Assembly: GCA_964583985.1 (NCBI GenBank)
Contig: CAZOYD010000026.1
Location: 1 to 42,866 of the forward strand
Direction: 5' to 3'
Length of the DNA stretch: 42,866 nt
Source: an uncultured archaeon
GTDB taxonomy: Archaea > Asgardarchaeota > Lokiarchaeia > Sigyniarchaeales > SOKP01
In this document: piece by piece, positions 29,175 through 39,574 of the stretch
Layout of the letters: every line of letters starts with the position of its first letter
Numbering within the stretch: the first letter of the stretch is position 1
Made by a program: the position numbers and the translations under genes
The notes under the pieces: model-generated
Told to the model about the DNA's origin: nothing
What the model saw: the letters and a program-made list of their open reading frames with translations, nothing else
Databases searched by the model: none

Positions 29175-30344
29175 ATGATAGTAGAATTAGAAAAAAAGGA
29201 TTTTCCTAAGGTAGAGAATCTTTTTAGTGAGAGAAGTTTCATCAACAGCTTTCGGAGTCATTTAGAAAGAACTCCTGTTCCAAAACGGGTATTTGTAGAT
29301 GATAAAAAAAATCCACAAACAGCAGTAATTATAATTATACCTAAATTATTCTTTGGAGGACGAGCAAACAACAAATATTTCAACAAAGAATTAAGAAAAA
29401 TGCTGTATGAAGATTTAATTCCAAAATTCAAAGAAAAAGCATTTCTCGAAATTATTTGTTATTTTTCTAACAGCTGTTGGGAAGGAGCAATAAAATCGGT
29501 TCTCAACGATCATTATCATTATAATCGTTACTATTATGAAATTGAAGAGATAAAAGTGAAGAATTGGAGAAAATTAATTCCTGAAGGTTACAACGTAAAA
29601 CCTATCGATCTAACTTTATTGAAGAACGATTATCTGAAAAACTTTGACTGGTTGATAGAAGAAATAGAAGAAAACTGGTTACCCCTTGAAGAAGGCTTGA
29701 AGGAAAATCGAGGATTCTATTTAATTCGAGATATGGAAGAAATAGTATCGTGGTGTACTACTGAATATTTAACCGATGATAATAAAATTGAAATTGGAAT
29801 AGCAACGAGGGAGGAATATCAAAGAAGAGGTTTTGCGACAATCGTCGGTTCTGCAACCGCTGAATATTGTTTAAAAAAATACGGGTCTGTAGGATGGCAT
29901 TGTGTTAATACTAATATTGGTTCTTATAAAACCGCAGAAAAGATTGGATACAAAAGGATTCGAGAATATAAAATAGCTGCTGTTTTCATCAATCAAGTTG
30001 ATAATTGGGTAGTAAATGGATTTGTAAAATCCCAGGATAAAGACTATGAGTCCTCTATTAATTGGTATAAAAAAATTATCGATGCTGCAAACGATGAAAC
30101 TGCAGAATATTTAGAATCATACTTTCTTCAAGGAGAATTTCCCATTGAAGGAGTATACTTCAGAATAGGTACTTTTTATTCTGCATTAGGTAATAAAAAG
30201 AAAGCAGTCGAATATTTAAGAAGAGCTATTGAAATCGGATTTAACGAGGAAAAACAACTTCTTGAGAGTAATTTGCTGAAACCATTACATGGAACAGAAG
30301 TATGGAATGAATTAATTCAACTAATGAGTAAAAATAGAAGATAA
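29175..30344 (+). CDS. GNAT acetyltransferase with C-terminal TPR-like region
   Basis: IEIGIATREEYQRRGFA, WHCVNTNIGSYKTAEKIGY; YSALGNKKKAVEYLRRAIEIG. Confidence 0.85.
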   Translation: MIVELEKKDFPKVENLFSERSFINSFRSHLERTPVPKRVFVDDKKNPQTAVIIIIPKLFFGGRANNKYFNKELRKMLYEDLIPKFKEKAFLEIICYFSNSCWEGAIKSVLNDHYHYNRYYYEIEEIKVKNWRKLIPEGYNVKPIDLTLLKNDYLKNFDWLIEEIEENWLPLEEGLKENRGFYLIRDMEEIVSWCTTEYLTDDNKIEIGIATREEYQRRGFATIVGSATAEYCLKKYGSVGWHCVNTNIGSYKTAEKIGYKRIREYKIAAVFINQVDNWVVNGFVKSQDKDYESSINWYKKIIDAANDETAEYLESYFLQGEFPIEGVYFRIGTFYSALGNKKKAVEYLRRAIEIGFNEEKQLLESNLLKPLHGTEVWNELIQLMSKNRR

Positions 30345-30476
30345 ATTCAGATCTTTTTCATTTTAGTAAAATTTCTTTTTTTAATTAACTTCCTATCAAT
30401 ATATTTATATGACTCCTTCTCTTAGTTTTAAATATTATCAAAATAGATAATAATCTCTTTAATATGTGAAAGGACT

Positions 30477-30941
30477 ATGGATAAAAAAGAAAGAAATAGA
30501 ATAATGGGGGTGGTTACATTTTTCATAGGATTTATCATAATAATTATTGAATTACCATTTCTATTTAATTTTAGTTCATACAGTTTACTATTGGGTCTCT
30601 TTTTGGGGGATAATAATTGTTTTTTTTTAGCTCTTTTTGTTTTAGCCATTACATTGTTTTTGTATGCGTATTTCATGATAAGACCAATAAAATCTTTAAG
30701 GGGAAAAAAAAACCTCGGAATAGTTGCAATGATTTTTGGAGGTGTTTTAGTTATTTTACCCCTTATTGGAATTGCTATTGTTTTCCTACCTGATTCTTTA
30801 GAATCGTATATACCTTTTTTTTTCTTACATAATATATTAGGGGGAGTGATTCCTTATCTCGGATTACTCATACCGGGAATAATATTATTTATTCATGGAT
30901 GGTATATGCGAAAAAACCTCAGAATTGAAAAAAATTCTTAA
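30477..30941 (+). CDS. Hypothetical membrane protein (about 4 TM)
   Basis: Four hydrophobic segments; AAGGA upstream. Confidence 0.6.
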   Translation: MDKKERNRIMGVVTFFIGFIIIIIELPFLFNFSSYSLLLGLFLGDNNCFFLALFVLAITLFLYAYFMIRPIKSLRGKKNLGIVAMIFGGVLVILPLIGIAIVFLPDSLESYIPFFFLHNILGGVIPYLGLLIPGIILFIHGWYMRKNLRIEKNS

Positions 30942-30944
30942 TTT

Positions 30945-30971
30945 CTCATTTACATTAAATATGTAAATGAG
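30945..30971. terminator. Perfect 11-bp hairpin directly after a stop codon (possible terminator or operator)
   Basis: CTCATTTACAT-taaat-ATGTAAATGAG. Confidence 0.4.
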
Positions 30972-31116
30972 GAGAAGAGGAAACACAACGTTTCGAGTCT
31001 TTTTAAATTTTAGGCTATTTTCAAAGAAAGATTTTTATGAGATTCCATACTTTTATTTCTATCTTAATTAGGAATAAAGTTAATTTTTAATTCCAAGTTG
31101 AGAAAAATACTATCTT

Positions 31117-31247
31117 GCCAAGGTGGCGTAGTAGTGGTCCTATATCAGGATCCTGCGAAGCCCGGGAACGCACCAGATCTATCGGAATAAACGATACAGG
31201 TGAAACTGAAGATCTGGGTACCGAGGGTTCAAATCCCTCTCTTGGCA
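31117..31247 (+). tRNA. tRNA-Phe(GAA) with two introns (about 31132-31160 in the D loop; 31177-31204 in the anticodon stem)
   Basis: Acceptor GCCAAGG/TCTTGGC, D stem GCGT/ACGC, spliced anticodon arm CCAGA-CT-GAA-GA-TCTGG, T arm GAGGG-TTCAAAT-CCCTC. 131-29-28 = 74 nt. Confidence 0.9.
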
Positions 31248-31375
31248 TATCTTGTTTCCTTTTTATACAAATTCTGGTTATTCTTCTTAAAATTCAGCTT
31301 TCCTCTTGAATAAAAATTTTAAAAGTTTGAGTTTAGTTTATTTATATAAGTTACGCAGTTTAAAAACAAAATAAA

Positions 31376-31993
31376 TCAAAAAAGGGGCTTTGATTTTCTG
31401 CGGTTATCAATTTCGATAAATTGTTTAAACTCCTCGTTCTCATCGCCAATAAATTCCCAGAATTCGTCATAAATCTCTTCCATTGACATGACGTGCTTTT
31501 CATCATTCGGGGTAGGGTTATCTATTTTTTTCTTATTTGGATTTGAGAGAATCTCTTCTTTTATAATTAGATTCTTCTTTAGGAGTTTCTTTTCAGTAAC
31601 TTCCTTCTTTTTTTGAGCATTATTCGGTCTGAATTCGATATAATTACCTTCGATGATAATTTCATCATAGAAATTCTCAGGTTGGGTAATCTCATTTTTT
31701 TTTTTCTTCTTTTTGTTATACATGTCATAGGCAACTTCGAAATCTACTTTTTGGTATCCTCGAATTACGAAATTTTTATCCACAAAAGCTTGAAAGTGAT
31801 GTTCGCATACGAGCCCTTTTGGAATGGAGACCGTAGTTAATTGTCGAGCTTCATTAATTATGACTTTTGGAATTTTTAATTCTTTACGTGTTTTACAGAC
31901 GGGACAAATAAAGGTGATAGGTGAGTATTCATTCACATCGTTCATTTGCGCTTGAATGGTTTCTTTTATGATTGCCACTTTAAATACACCCAA
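31376..31993 (-). CDS. Hypothetical protein with N-terminal Zn-binding module
   Basis: CPVC...IPKGLVCEHHFQAFVDKNFVIRGYQ..D. Start uncertain. Confidence 0.65.
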   Translation of the reverse strand: MGVFKVAIIKETIQAQMNDVNEYSPITFICPVCKTRKELKIPKVIINEARQLTTVSIPKGLVCEHHFQAFVDKNFVIRGYQKVDFEVAYDMYNKKKKKKNEITQPENFYDEIIIEGNYIEFRPNNAQKKKEVTEKKLLKKNLIIKEEILSNPNKKKIDNPTPNDEKHVMSMEEIYDEFWEFIGDENEEFKQFIEIDNRRKSKPLF

Positions 31994-32121
31994 ATATGAT
32001 TAGAAAGGAAAGAATTTAAACTCCTTTAAAATTTAGGGTATTTTAGGATAATTTCGCTCAATTTAAGAATAATAGTATAGAGAAGGAGAGGGATAAAAAT
32101 TAACGCAAAAATCTTTATGGA

Positions 32122-32673
32122 TTAGAGATTTTGAGGATTTTGAGGGTCAAATGTGCGATTTAAATTATTTTCAGTTAGTACAAAATAGAAATCCAGCTTT
32201 GGAATGAGTTCTGAAGCGAATGTAAACTTGTGTGTTCCTTCAGTAAACTTTCCTAATCCTTCTGAATCGATTTTGATTAAGATATCAATTGTATCTCCGA
32301 GTGCAATGATTTTATCAGCTAATTTTCCGGCTAGAATATCATCAATTGTAAATCGAATTCCATCATGGTAGATTAAAAAATGATCTTTGATTACATGAAT
32401 ATCAAATTCATCCTTTGCGATGGTAATCGGTTGATCATCGAGATAAATTTTACCATAATCTGAGAGATCAAATTTCTTGATGTCAAAATCATTGCTGTTA
32501 AGACCTCCGAGTTCTATTTCTCGAGGAACTTCAATTGGCATGATTACATTAAATACTCGAATTAAAATTGAATCGGTTTTCCCATTTCCCGTTGAATCTA
32601 TCGTATAAACGCATTTACTTGGAGGAAATATTTTTTTAAACAAAACTTTCAAAGCAGATATATCATAATCCAT
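32122..32673 (-). CDS. Hypothetical protein
   Basis: 183-aa ORF with normal composition; no family recognised. Confidence 0.6.
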   Translation of the reverse strand: MDYDISALKVLFKKIFPPSKCVYTIDSTGNGKTDSILIRVFNVIMPIEVPREIELGGLNSNDFDIKKFDLSDYGKIYLDDQPITIAKDEFDIHVIKDHFLIYHDGIRFTIDDILAGKLADKIIALGDTIDILIKIDSEGLGKFTEGTHKFTFASELIPKLDFYFVLTENNLNRTFDPQNPQNL

Positions 32674-32777
32674 TGTTCTTCAATTTTTCCGTTATAGTGA
32701 TTGTCAATCTTGCATTCTTAATTCTTAATCCTTAATTTTAGTAATGATTTGTATATTAAAAAACTTAGATATTATAA

Positions 32778-33827
32778 TCAAGGGATTGTAATTATTTTGA
32801 CACATTTACGCTCATTCATCAATTTAAACCCAGTGGTAAGTAAGTCGCTAAGTGGAATTGTTGTTGTAATTAATTCATCCACATCAATAACATGATTTGC
32901 AATCAATTCAATAGCGTCAAGAAAATCTTCCGCATATCCAATATAAGATCCTATAATTTTCCTTTGGTATCTTACAATATCGTTTGGCTTTATTTTTGCT
33001 TCAGCTCTGTAATCTTGACCAAAGCAAACAAGTTTAGCGCCCGGAGCCCAAATTGTGGTTGCCATTTCAAAAGTTTCGGCGATCCCCACCGCATCGATGA
33101 TCACGTCTGCTCCTTCACCATTGGTTATATTTTGAATTTCTTGCTTTACATTTTGTGTTTTAGGGTTAATCCAGTGATCAGCACCAAGTTTTAAAGCTTT
33201 GTGTCCCCGCCACTCATCCATTTCGATGCTGATCAATCTCTTTATGGGGTGTTTACGTATTACTGATTCTATTATCAGACCCATTGGACCAGCTCCTATT
33301 ATGACAACATTATCGGATTCCTTGACATCCGCAATATTGTGACAATGGACCGCACATGCTAAGGGTTCGATTAAACTTGCAGCTATCAAGTTGATAGAAT
33401 CGGGAAGCTTGAATAGCGCGCTTCGTGGTAAAACACAGTATTTAGCAAAACCACCATTTTGAAATATGCCAAAAGTTGTTCCTAAAGCCATGTATTCGCA
33501 TAGATTTGAGAGTCCTCTCCTGCAATTAATGCAATACCCGCATTTTTCATTTGGATCGACAACAACTTTATCCCCAATCTTAAGATCGGTGATATTTTCT
33601 CCGATTTCAATAATTTCTCCGGCGAATTCATGACCTAAAATAGTATTATCTGTAGCAGGATGGCCTCCCTTTAAAATCTTGAGATCAGTTCCACAGATAC
33701 TGGATGCTTTCACTTCTATTAGCACGTGATCATCCTTTTTTATCTTAGGAATATCCACTTCTTCCAATTTAATCTCTCCGCCCGATGTTTCATCTTTATG
33801 AAATACAGCAGCAAGCATTTTATTCAT
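32778..33827 (-). CDS. Zinc-dependent medium-chain (sugar alcohol-type) dehydrogenase
   Basis: ICGTD, LGHEFAG, CGYCINC...C, IEPLAC, GAGPMG. Confidence 0.92.
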   Translation of the reverse strand: MNKMLAAVFHKDETSGGEIKLEEVDIPKIKKDDHVLIEVKASSICGTDLKILKGGHPATDNTILGHEFAGEIIEIGENITDLKIGDKVVVDPNEKCGYCINCRRGLSNLCEYMALGTTFGIFQNGGFAKYCVLPRSALFKLPDSINLIAASLIEPLACAVHCHNIADVKESDNVVIIGAGPMGLIIESVIRKHPIKRLISIEMDEWRGHKALKLGADHWINPKTQNVKQEIQNITNGEGADVIIDAVGIAETFEMATTIWAPGAKLVCFGQDYRAEAKIKPNDIVRYQRKIIGSYIGYAEDFLDAIELIANHVIDVDELITTTIPLSDLLTTGFKLMNERKCVKIITIP

Positions 33828-33990
33828 GAAATTGCTCCTTCATATTTAATTTTTTTTTTAAAATCAGATCTTGTTGTTTTCAGTTAATAATTAAAAAATC
33901 TTAATTGGTAATAAAAGATTTAAATTAAATCAGATCTATTTTGAATAGATAATTTATTTATTAAAAATTTTCTAAAAAATGTGAGAAATT

Positions 33991-35205
33991 ATGACTGAAG
34001 AAAAAGTGCAAGTATATGGTTATCGTTGGGTCGTTTTATTATTATTTATGTTAGTAAATATAATGACACAAATACTATGGATAACTTTTGCTGCTGTTAC
34101 AAATGAATCAATAGTCTTTTTTGGTGTTGGTGACGAGTTATATATTTTCCTGTTATCAGCGATTTTTATGATTGTTTACATTCCAGATACCTTTTTAGCA
34201 TCATGGTTAATTGATAAATATGATTTTAAAATTGGATGTGGTATAGGAGCGGTATTGATTGCTGTTTTTGGGTTTTTACGCTTTTTTGCGGGTACTGATT
34301 ATATGTTGATGTTAATTTTCAGTATAGGTATAGCAATCGGTCAACCATTTATCATGAATAGCATAACTAAATTATCAGGTAATTGGTTTCCTGAAACTGA
34401 GCGAACAAGTGCAACAGGGTTTGGAACGATTTCGATGTTTATTGGAATTTTACTCGGCATGCTTTTAACACCGTTTCTTATTGTAGGTAACGATCTTAGC
34501 CCGATGTTACTCATATATGGAATTTTAAGTTTAGTAGTTGGAGCTCTATTTATAGCATTTGTAAAAAGCAGACCACCTACACCGCCTTCAATAAAACCTT
34601 ATAATGAAAAAGTTCTAATGTTTGAAGGTGTGAAGAAATTATTCAAGGATAAATCTTTTCTGATTTTGGTTGTTACATTTTTCTTAGGATTGGGGATTTT
34701 TAACATGATAACTACATATATTCAAGTCATCTTGACTCCAAAAAATCCTGCATTTGATGCTACTTTTGCGGGGATCGTCGGTGGAATAATGCTATTGGGG
34801 GGAATAATTGGCGCTATAATTATTTCTGCTTTATCTGATAAATTTCAAAAGAAAGTAATTTTAATAATTATTTCAATTATAATTGCGACTATATCCTTAT
34901 ATGCCTTTTCATTTGTAACTGATGGGACTCTAATAATGGTATTCGCTTTCTTATTCGGTTTTGGATTACTTAGTGCCGCTCCCGTAGCATTAGAATATGC
35001 GGTAGATATTACCAAACCGGTTCCAGAAGCGAGTTCAAATGGGATATTGATGATGGTAGGGCAAATTGGAGGAATTGTTTTTATTCTAGGTTTAGCAGAT
35101 TTGACATTACCAGGCGGAGATTATTTACCAGCACTGCTTTTAGAAGCAATACTAATGACCATTGCTTTAGTTTTATCCTTTTTTCTTAAAAAAGTAAAAA
35201 AGTAA
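33991..35205 (+). CDS. MFS transporter (FLVCR/SLC49-like)
   Basis: YGYRWVVL...LWITFA, GQPF, WFPETER, RPPTPPS; 12 TM segments. Confidence 0.88.
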   Translation: MTEEKVQVYGYRWVVLLLFMLVNIMTQILWITFAAVTNESIVFFGVGDELYIFLLSAIFMIVYIPDTFLASWLIDKYDFKIGCGIGAVLIAVFGFLRFFAGTDYMLMLIFSIGIAIGQPFIMNSITKLSGNWFPETERTSATGFGTISMFIGILLGMLLTPFLIVGNDLSPMLLIYGILSLVVGALFIAFVKSRPPTPPSIKPYNEKVLMFEGVKKLFKDKSFLILVVTFFLGLGIFNMITTYIQVILTPKNPAFDATFAGIVGGIMLLGGIIGAIIISALSDKFQKKVILIIISIIIATISLYAFSFVTDGTLIMVFAFLFGFGLLSAAPVALEYAVDITKPVPEASSNGILMMVGQIGGIVFILGLADLTLPGGDYLPALLLEAILMTIALVLSFFLKKVKK

Positions 35206-35313
35206 CTTAAAATTCTCTTTTTTTTTATATCATTCAATTTCAAATAACATCTTAATTTATATTATTTTTTTGAATATAATAACTCAAGATCAATTACTAA
35301 ATAACTTATAATT

Positions 35314-36489
35314 ATGAAAGCTGTAGAATTAAGTGCAAAATGGGATCCTAAGCCAAATTTCAAGCTTGGTTCGAAAGATATTGATGGAAAGCTTACGTAT
35401 CTTGGATCTCAAGTGTGGAGAGATCCAAAAGTACGAATTGTTGATAAGGAAAAACCAAAAATTCAATCTAATGAAGTTCTTATCAAAGTTAAACGCTGTG
35501 GAATATGCGGTTCAGATGTGCATATGAATCAAACATACGATGATGGCTATATCTATTATCCGGGTCTAACAGCATTCCCAGTTACCCTTGGTCATGAATT
35601 CGCCGGAGAAATTGCTGAAGTCGGAGCTTATGCAATTAATAAGAGAACAGGAAAACGTTATGAAATTGGAGAACCAGTAACAGTAGAAGAAATGGTTTGG
35701 TGTGGTGAATGTAAGCCATGCTGTGACGGTTACCCTAATCATTGCGAGCGATTACAGGAAATAGGATTTTCGATAGACGGAGCATTTGCTGAATATATTG
35801 CCGTTCCATCAAGATTATGCTGGAGCTTGAAAAAGCTTCAAGATCGCTATGATGATATCTATAAAATTGGAAGTCTTATAGAACCAACATCTGTAGCATA
35901 TAATGCCGTGATAGAAAGGGGAGGCGGTATAAGACCCGGGGAAAACGTGATTATATTAGGAGCAGGTCCAATCGGTCTAGCAGCAACTAAAATTTTAAAA
36001 ACCGCTGGTGCTGCTGTTTGTATTGTATCAGAACCGGAGGAATATCGAGCGAAATTAGCTCAAAAAATGGGTGCCGATTACGTTATTAATCCAGTTAAAG
36101 AAGATTTTGTAGATAAGGTTAAAGAATATACTGATTCTGAAGGTGCCGCTTTATATCTCGAAGCAACGGGACTGCCTCAAGTAGTCACGCCAAATATTCA
36201 AAACACGATATGGGAATGCAAAGCAGTGAATAGTACTGTTGTAATCGTGGCAAGAGCTGAACAAAACATGCCTGTATGTGGGGAATATTTTCAAGTTAGG
36301 AGAGCCCGGATTGTAGGCGCGCAAGGCCATTCTGGACATGGCACTTTTCCGAATGTGATAAGTTCAATGGCTGCAGGCATGGACATGACACCATTAATCA
36401 CCAAAGAAATATCATTAGAAAGAGTACCCGAATATCTGAACATCTTGCAAAAAGATAAAGAAAATTGCAAAATTTCTGTAAAATTTTAA
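35314..36489 (+). CDS. iolM: Scyllo-inosose 3-dehydrogenase (Zn-dependent)
   Basis: AKWDPKPNFKLGSKDIDGKLTYLGSQVWR, CGICGSDVHM, YPGLTAFPVTLGHEF, EPTSVAYNAVIERGGGIRPG, QGHSGHGTFP closely resemble Thermotoga IolM. Confidence 0.88.
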   Translation: MKAVELSAKWDPKPNFKLGSKDIDGKLTYLGSQVWRDPKVRIVDKEKPKIQSNEVLIKVKRCGICGSDVHMNQTYDDGYIYYPGLTAFPVTLGHEFAGEIAEVGAYAINKRTGKRYEIGEPVTVEEMVWCGECKPCCDGYPNHCERLQEIGFSIDGAFAEYIAVPSRLCWSLKKLQDRYDDIYKIGSLIEPTSVAYNAVIERGGGIRPGENVIILGAGPIGLAATKILKTAGAAVCIVSEPEEYRAKLAQKMGADYVINPVKEDFVDKVKEYTDSEGAALYLEATGLPQVVTPNIQNTIWECKAVNSTVVIVARAEQNMPVCGEYFQVRRARIVGAQGHSGHGTFPNVISSMAAGMDMTPLITKEISLERVPEYLNILQKDKENCKISVKF

Positions 36490-36889
36490 TTTATTCTTTT
36501 TCTATAATTTGAAACCTATTTAGGGATTAATTTATACGTATCATAAATTTTATATATACACTTTATTAATGCATAACGTAAATAAAAGATTTATAATGTC
36601 TCAATTAAAAAGGTTAGAGAATTAAGGTATTTGTTGAATATCGTATTTTATTTGATAAATCTGATATTTTTAAAACATACATACCAAGCAAGTTATACTT
36701 TCATATAAGATTCCAATGTTTCTATCCTTTTAGAAAAGAAACAAAGCAATTTGATTGATGATAGGTTAATAAAGTGCGTATAAAGTATAATAAATTGATC
36801 TCAATGTACAAAATTAGTCCTTATTGATTTATATAACCAACTTGGATAGAGATATATATAAAAAATTAAAACAACAAGATTGAAAAAAA

Positions 36890-38482
36890 ATGAAAACGAA
36901 AAATTTTTTCCTCGTATTATTATACTTACTTTTTGGAGCTTCAATGGTACTTTCTATCGTGCTCCCTGCTTCTGAAAGGATGCAAATAGTTAACAATGTT
37001 GGTAATGATAACTTAACAGAACACCCAAAGGCAATGGGTTTTGATAAAAACATTGTAATCGATGGTAACCAAGATTTTGCAAATCAATTCGGGAGTACAG
37101 GTGATGGTTCATTTGGAAATCCCTTTAAGATCAAAAATCTACTTATCAATAATGCAAGCGTTAATGGAATTACTATTCAAAACACTGATGTTTACTTTAT
37201 TATCGAAAACGTAACGGTGATGAATGGTGGGCTTCATCTAGGATTTTATTTATCAAACGTGACAAACGGAGAATTGAAAAATAATACGGCTTACTCTTAT
37301 TATTATGGATTCGCCCTCTATGATTGCGTGAATAACACTTTAAAGGGAAATATCGCCAGTTATAACGATATTGGTGCTGGTTTCGCGTTGGATTCCTCTG
37401 AAAATAACCTTTTAATAGGAAATACAGCCTCTTTTAACACTCAAGGATTCTACCTCGGAGCTTTAGCAAATAATAATTCATTAACAGAAAATACTGCCAT
37501 TTATAACGATCATATGGGTTTCTACCTCGATGGTAGCCTCGTGGATAGCCCTTCATATAATAAGTTGATAGGCAATAACGCCAGTTATAACGGACAAGAT
37601 GGCTTTTACCTCGATCAATCTTTTGAAAACACGTTAACGGGCAATACAGCCAATATTAATACTGAAAATGGAATTTATCTTTGTACTTCTTACTTAAACA
37701 TCTTAACGGGCAATATGGTGGAGAATAATGACGAATGTGGAATATATATTACTCGGGGTGCTAGTTTCTCGGGATTAAACATCTTAACGGGCAATATTGC
37801 CTCTAATAATAATCAATTTGGCATTAAGTTAGATTCCACAGGGGATAAATTGATAGATAATACGGCTAATAAAAATGGATATGATGGGTTCAACTTCTTT
37901 GAGGTTTATTATAGCAATTTGACCAATAACATTGCCTCGTATAATGGCGAAAATGGTTTTTTCTTCAGCCAATCTGTAGCTAATACCTTAACTGGTAATA
38001 CAGCCTCTTATAATGGGTATGGATATGTGGGTTTAATGTATAGTGGTTTCGTGGTTATTTCCTACTCAGAAAATAACACCTTGACAAGCAACATTGCCAC
38101 TAAAAATGCCATGGATGGATTTGGTATCCACTCAAATAACAACACAATTACAAAAAATACTGCGAATAATAACGACAATAACGGATTCTCTCTGATTCGA
38201 TCCAATAATAATACCTTAGTGGGTAATACTGCTAAAAGTAATGAGCTATATGGAATATACTTACGGGAGAGCAATTTCAATATAATTAAGCAGAACTCAT
38301 TATTAGGAAATTATGAAGGATGTATTAAAGAAATAGATTGCCAGATGAACATATTCTCAGATAATACATGCTCTAACAATTTAGACCCAAATCTTACAAT
38401 CCTTATCTTTATCATCGTTATCAGTGCCATTGGAATTGCAGCAGTAGTGGTGGTAGTAATCGTTAAAAAGAAGCATCATTAA
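36890..38482 (+). CDS. Cell-surface right-handed parallel beta-helix (NosD/CASH-type repeats) protein
   Basis: Signal peptide, GDGSFGNPFKIKN, many approximately 22-aa NNTLTGNTASYN..GF.L repeats, C-terminal TM followed by KKKHH. Confidence 0.85.
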   Translation: MKTKNFFLVLLYLLFGASMVLSIVLPASERMQIVNNVGNDNLTEHPKAMGFDKNIVIDGNQDFANQFGSTGDGSFGNPFKIKNLLINNASVNGITIQNTDVYFIIENVTVMNGGLHLGFYLSNVTNGELKNNTAYSYYYGFALYDCVNNTLKGNIASYNDIGAGFALDSSENNLLIGNTASFNTQGFYLGALANNNSLTENTAIYNDHMGFYLDGSLVDSPSYNKLIGNNASYNGQDGFYLDQSFENTLTGNTANINTENGIYLCTSYLNILTGNMVENNDECGIYITRGASFSGLNILTGNIASNNNQFGIKLDSTGDKLIDNTANKNGYDGFNFFEVYYSNLTNNIASYNGENGFFFSQSVANTLTGNTASYNGYGYVGLMYSGFVVISYSENNTLTSNIATKNAMDGFGIHSNNNTITKNTANNNDNNGFSLIRSNNNTLVGNTAKSNELYGIYLRESNFNIIKQNSLLGNYEGCIKEIDCQMNIFSDNTCSNNLDPNLTILIFIIVISAIGIAAVVVVVIVKKKHH

Positions 38483-38749
38483 AAAACCCGATTAAATTAG
38501 ATAATTATCGAATTAGATTTGTTTTAAAATTCTGAGCAAGGTTTTTTTTTTTATTTAAATTATCATTTGAAAACTAATTTGCTCCCAAGAACGGATGGAG
38601 GCCCTAAATTATACCTTAAACCTTCTACCTATGCAAAAGCTTATTCGAGCATTAACACCTTATTACTCAATAATTTTGCATTCTTAACATTTTTCTTTTT
38701 TAGAGATTTTTAAAGAAAATTTGACTTGGTAAAATTGGTCTTCAATGCT

Positions 38750-39268
38750 CTATGAAAGAAATTGATTCCAGCCATTAGTTACTTCTTCAGTGCTAACTTT
38801 ATATTTCTTTTCAATCTTGCCAAAATCAAGATGGGGGATTATCCCATCATCCCATTGTTCATTAATAATTTTAACGACTTGTTTTACTAAATCCGCATTT
38901 TGTGTATAAATATCCATTTTATAAACATGATTTCCGGGAATATCCAACGTTCCGGCAATTTGATCATCTACTTCTATAAATATACCTGCTTGTGGTGAAA
39001 GCACATAAAAAGTAATTTTCCTGCCACTCCCACTACCAGATTCAGATTGTTCAGTTGAAGCATCGATGTCTATTAACCAGTTTGTTATTCTGATTATTAA
39101 TTTTGGCACGTTATGGCTAAATATGTGTCCTTTCGTTTCTGTTTTAATAATGCTTCCTCCCTTCCGTTTACCGTAAAAGGTATATTTTGGTGAGTCTTTA
39201 AGCCCTAACTGTATTACTTCGTTTAGGATCTTTTTTGTTGCTTTTTTTCCTATTTTTGTTCCCCTCAC
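38750..39268 (-). CDS. Hypothetical protein
   Basis: 172-aa ORF, GTG start; no family recognised. Confidence 0.55.
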   Translation of the reverse strand: MRGTKIGKKATKKILNEVIQLGLKDSPKYTFYGKRKGGSIIKTETKGHIFSHNVPKLIIRITNWLIDIDASTEQSESGSGSGRKITFYVLSPQAGIFIEVDDQIAGTLDIPGNHVYKMDIYTQNADLVKQVVKIINEQWDDGIIPHLDFGKIEKKYKVSTEEVTNGWNQFLS

Positions 39269-39574
39269 ATTATTATTTAAATTAATATATTTTATTAATG
39301 GAATTCATTCCTTGATGATATTTTAATCCATAAGGACTGATTTTTTACGGTAAAACAACAATATTATTTTCCCCTTTTTTTTATTATTAACAAAGAACTT
39401 TACTTATTTTACTATATGTCCAGGAAGATACTGATTATTTACAAAAATCCAGTGAAGAATCTGTAAAAATTAGAGAAAAAGAGAAAAAGAAGCGCAAGGA
39501 GGACTTGGAAATTGAAAAGAAAAGATTGGAAAAGCAACTAGAAATTGTAAAGAAAAATCTTGAAAAATAAAAAG

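Noticed and set aside
31115-31309. 64-aa ORF
   Set aside because: Overlaps the intron-containing tRNA-Phe; spurious.
39391-39570. Open frame encoding a K/E-rich coiled coil (QEDTDYLQKSSEESVKIREKEKK...LEK)
   Set aside because: No canonical start between the upstream stop and the coiled coil; probably a gene remnant that I cannot assign.
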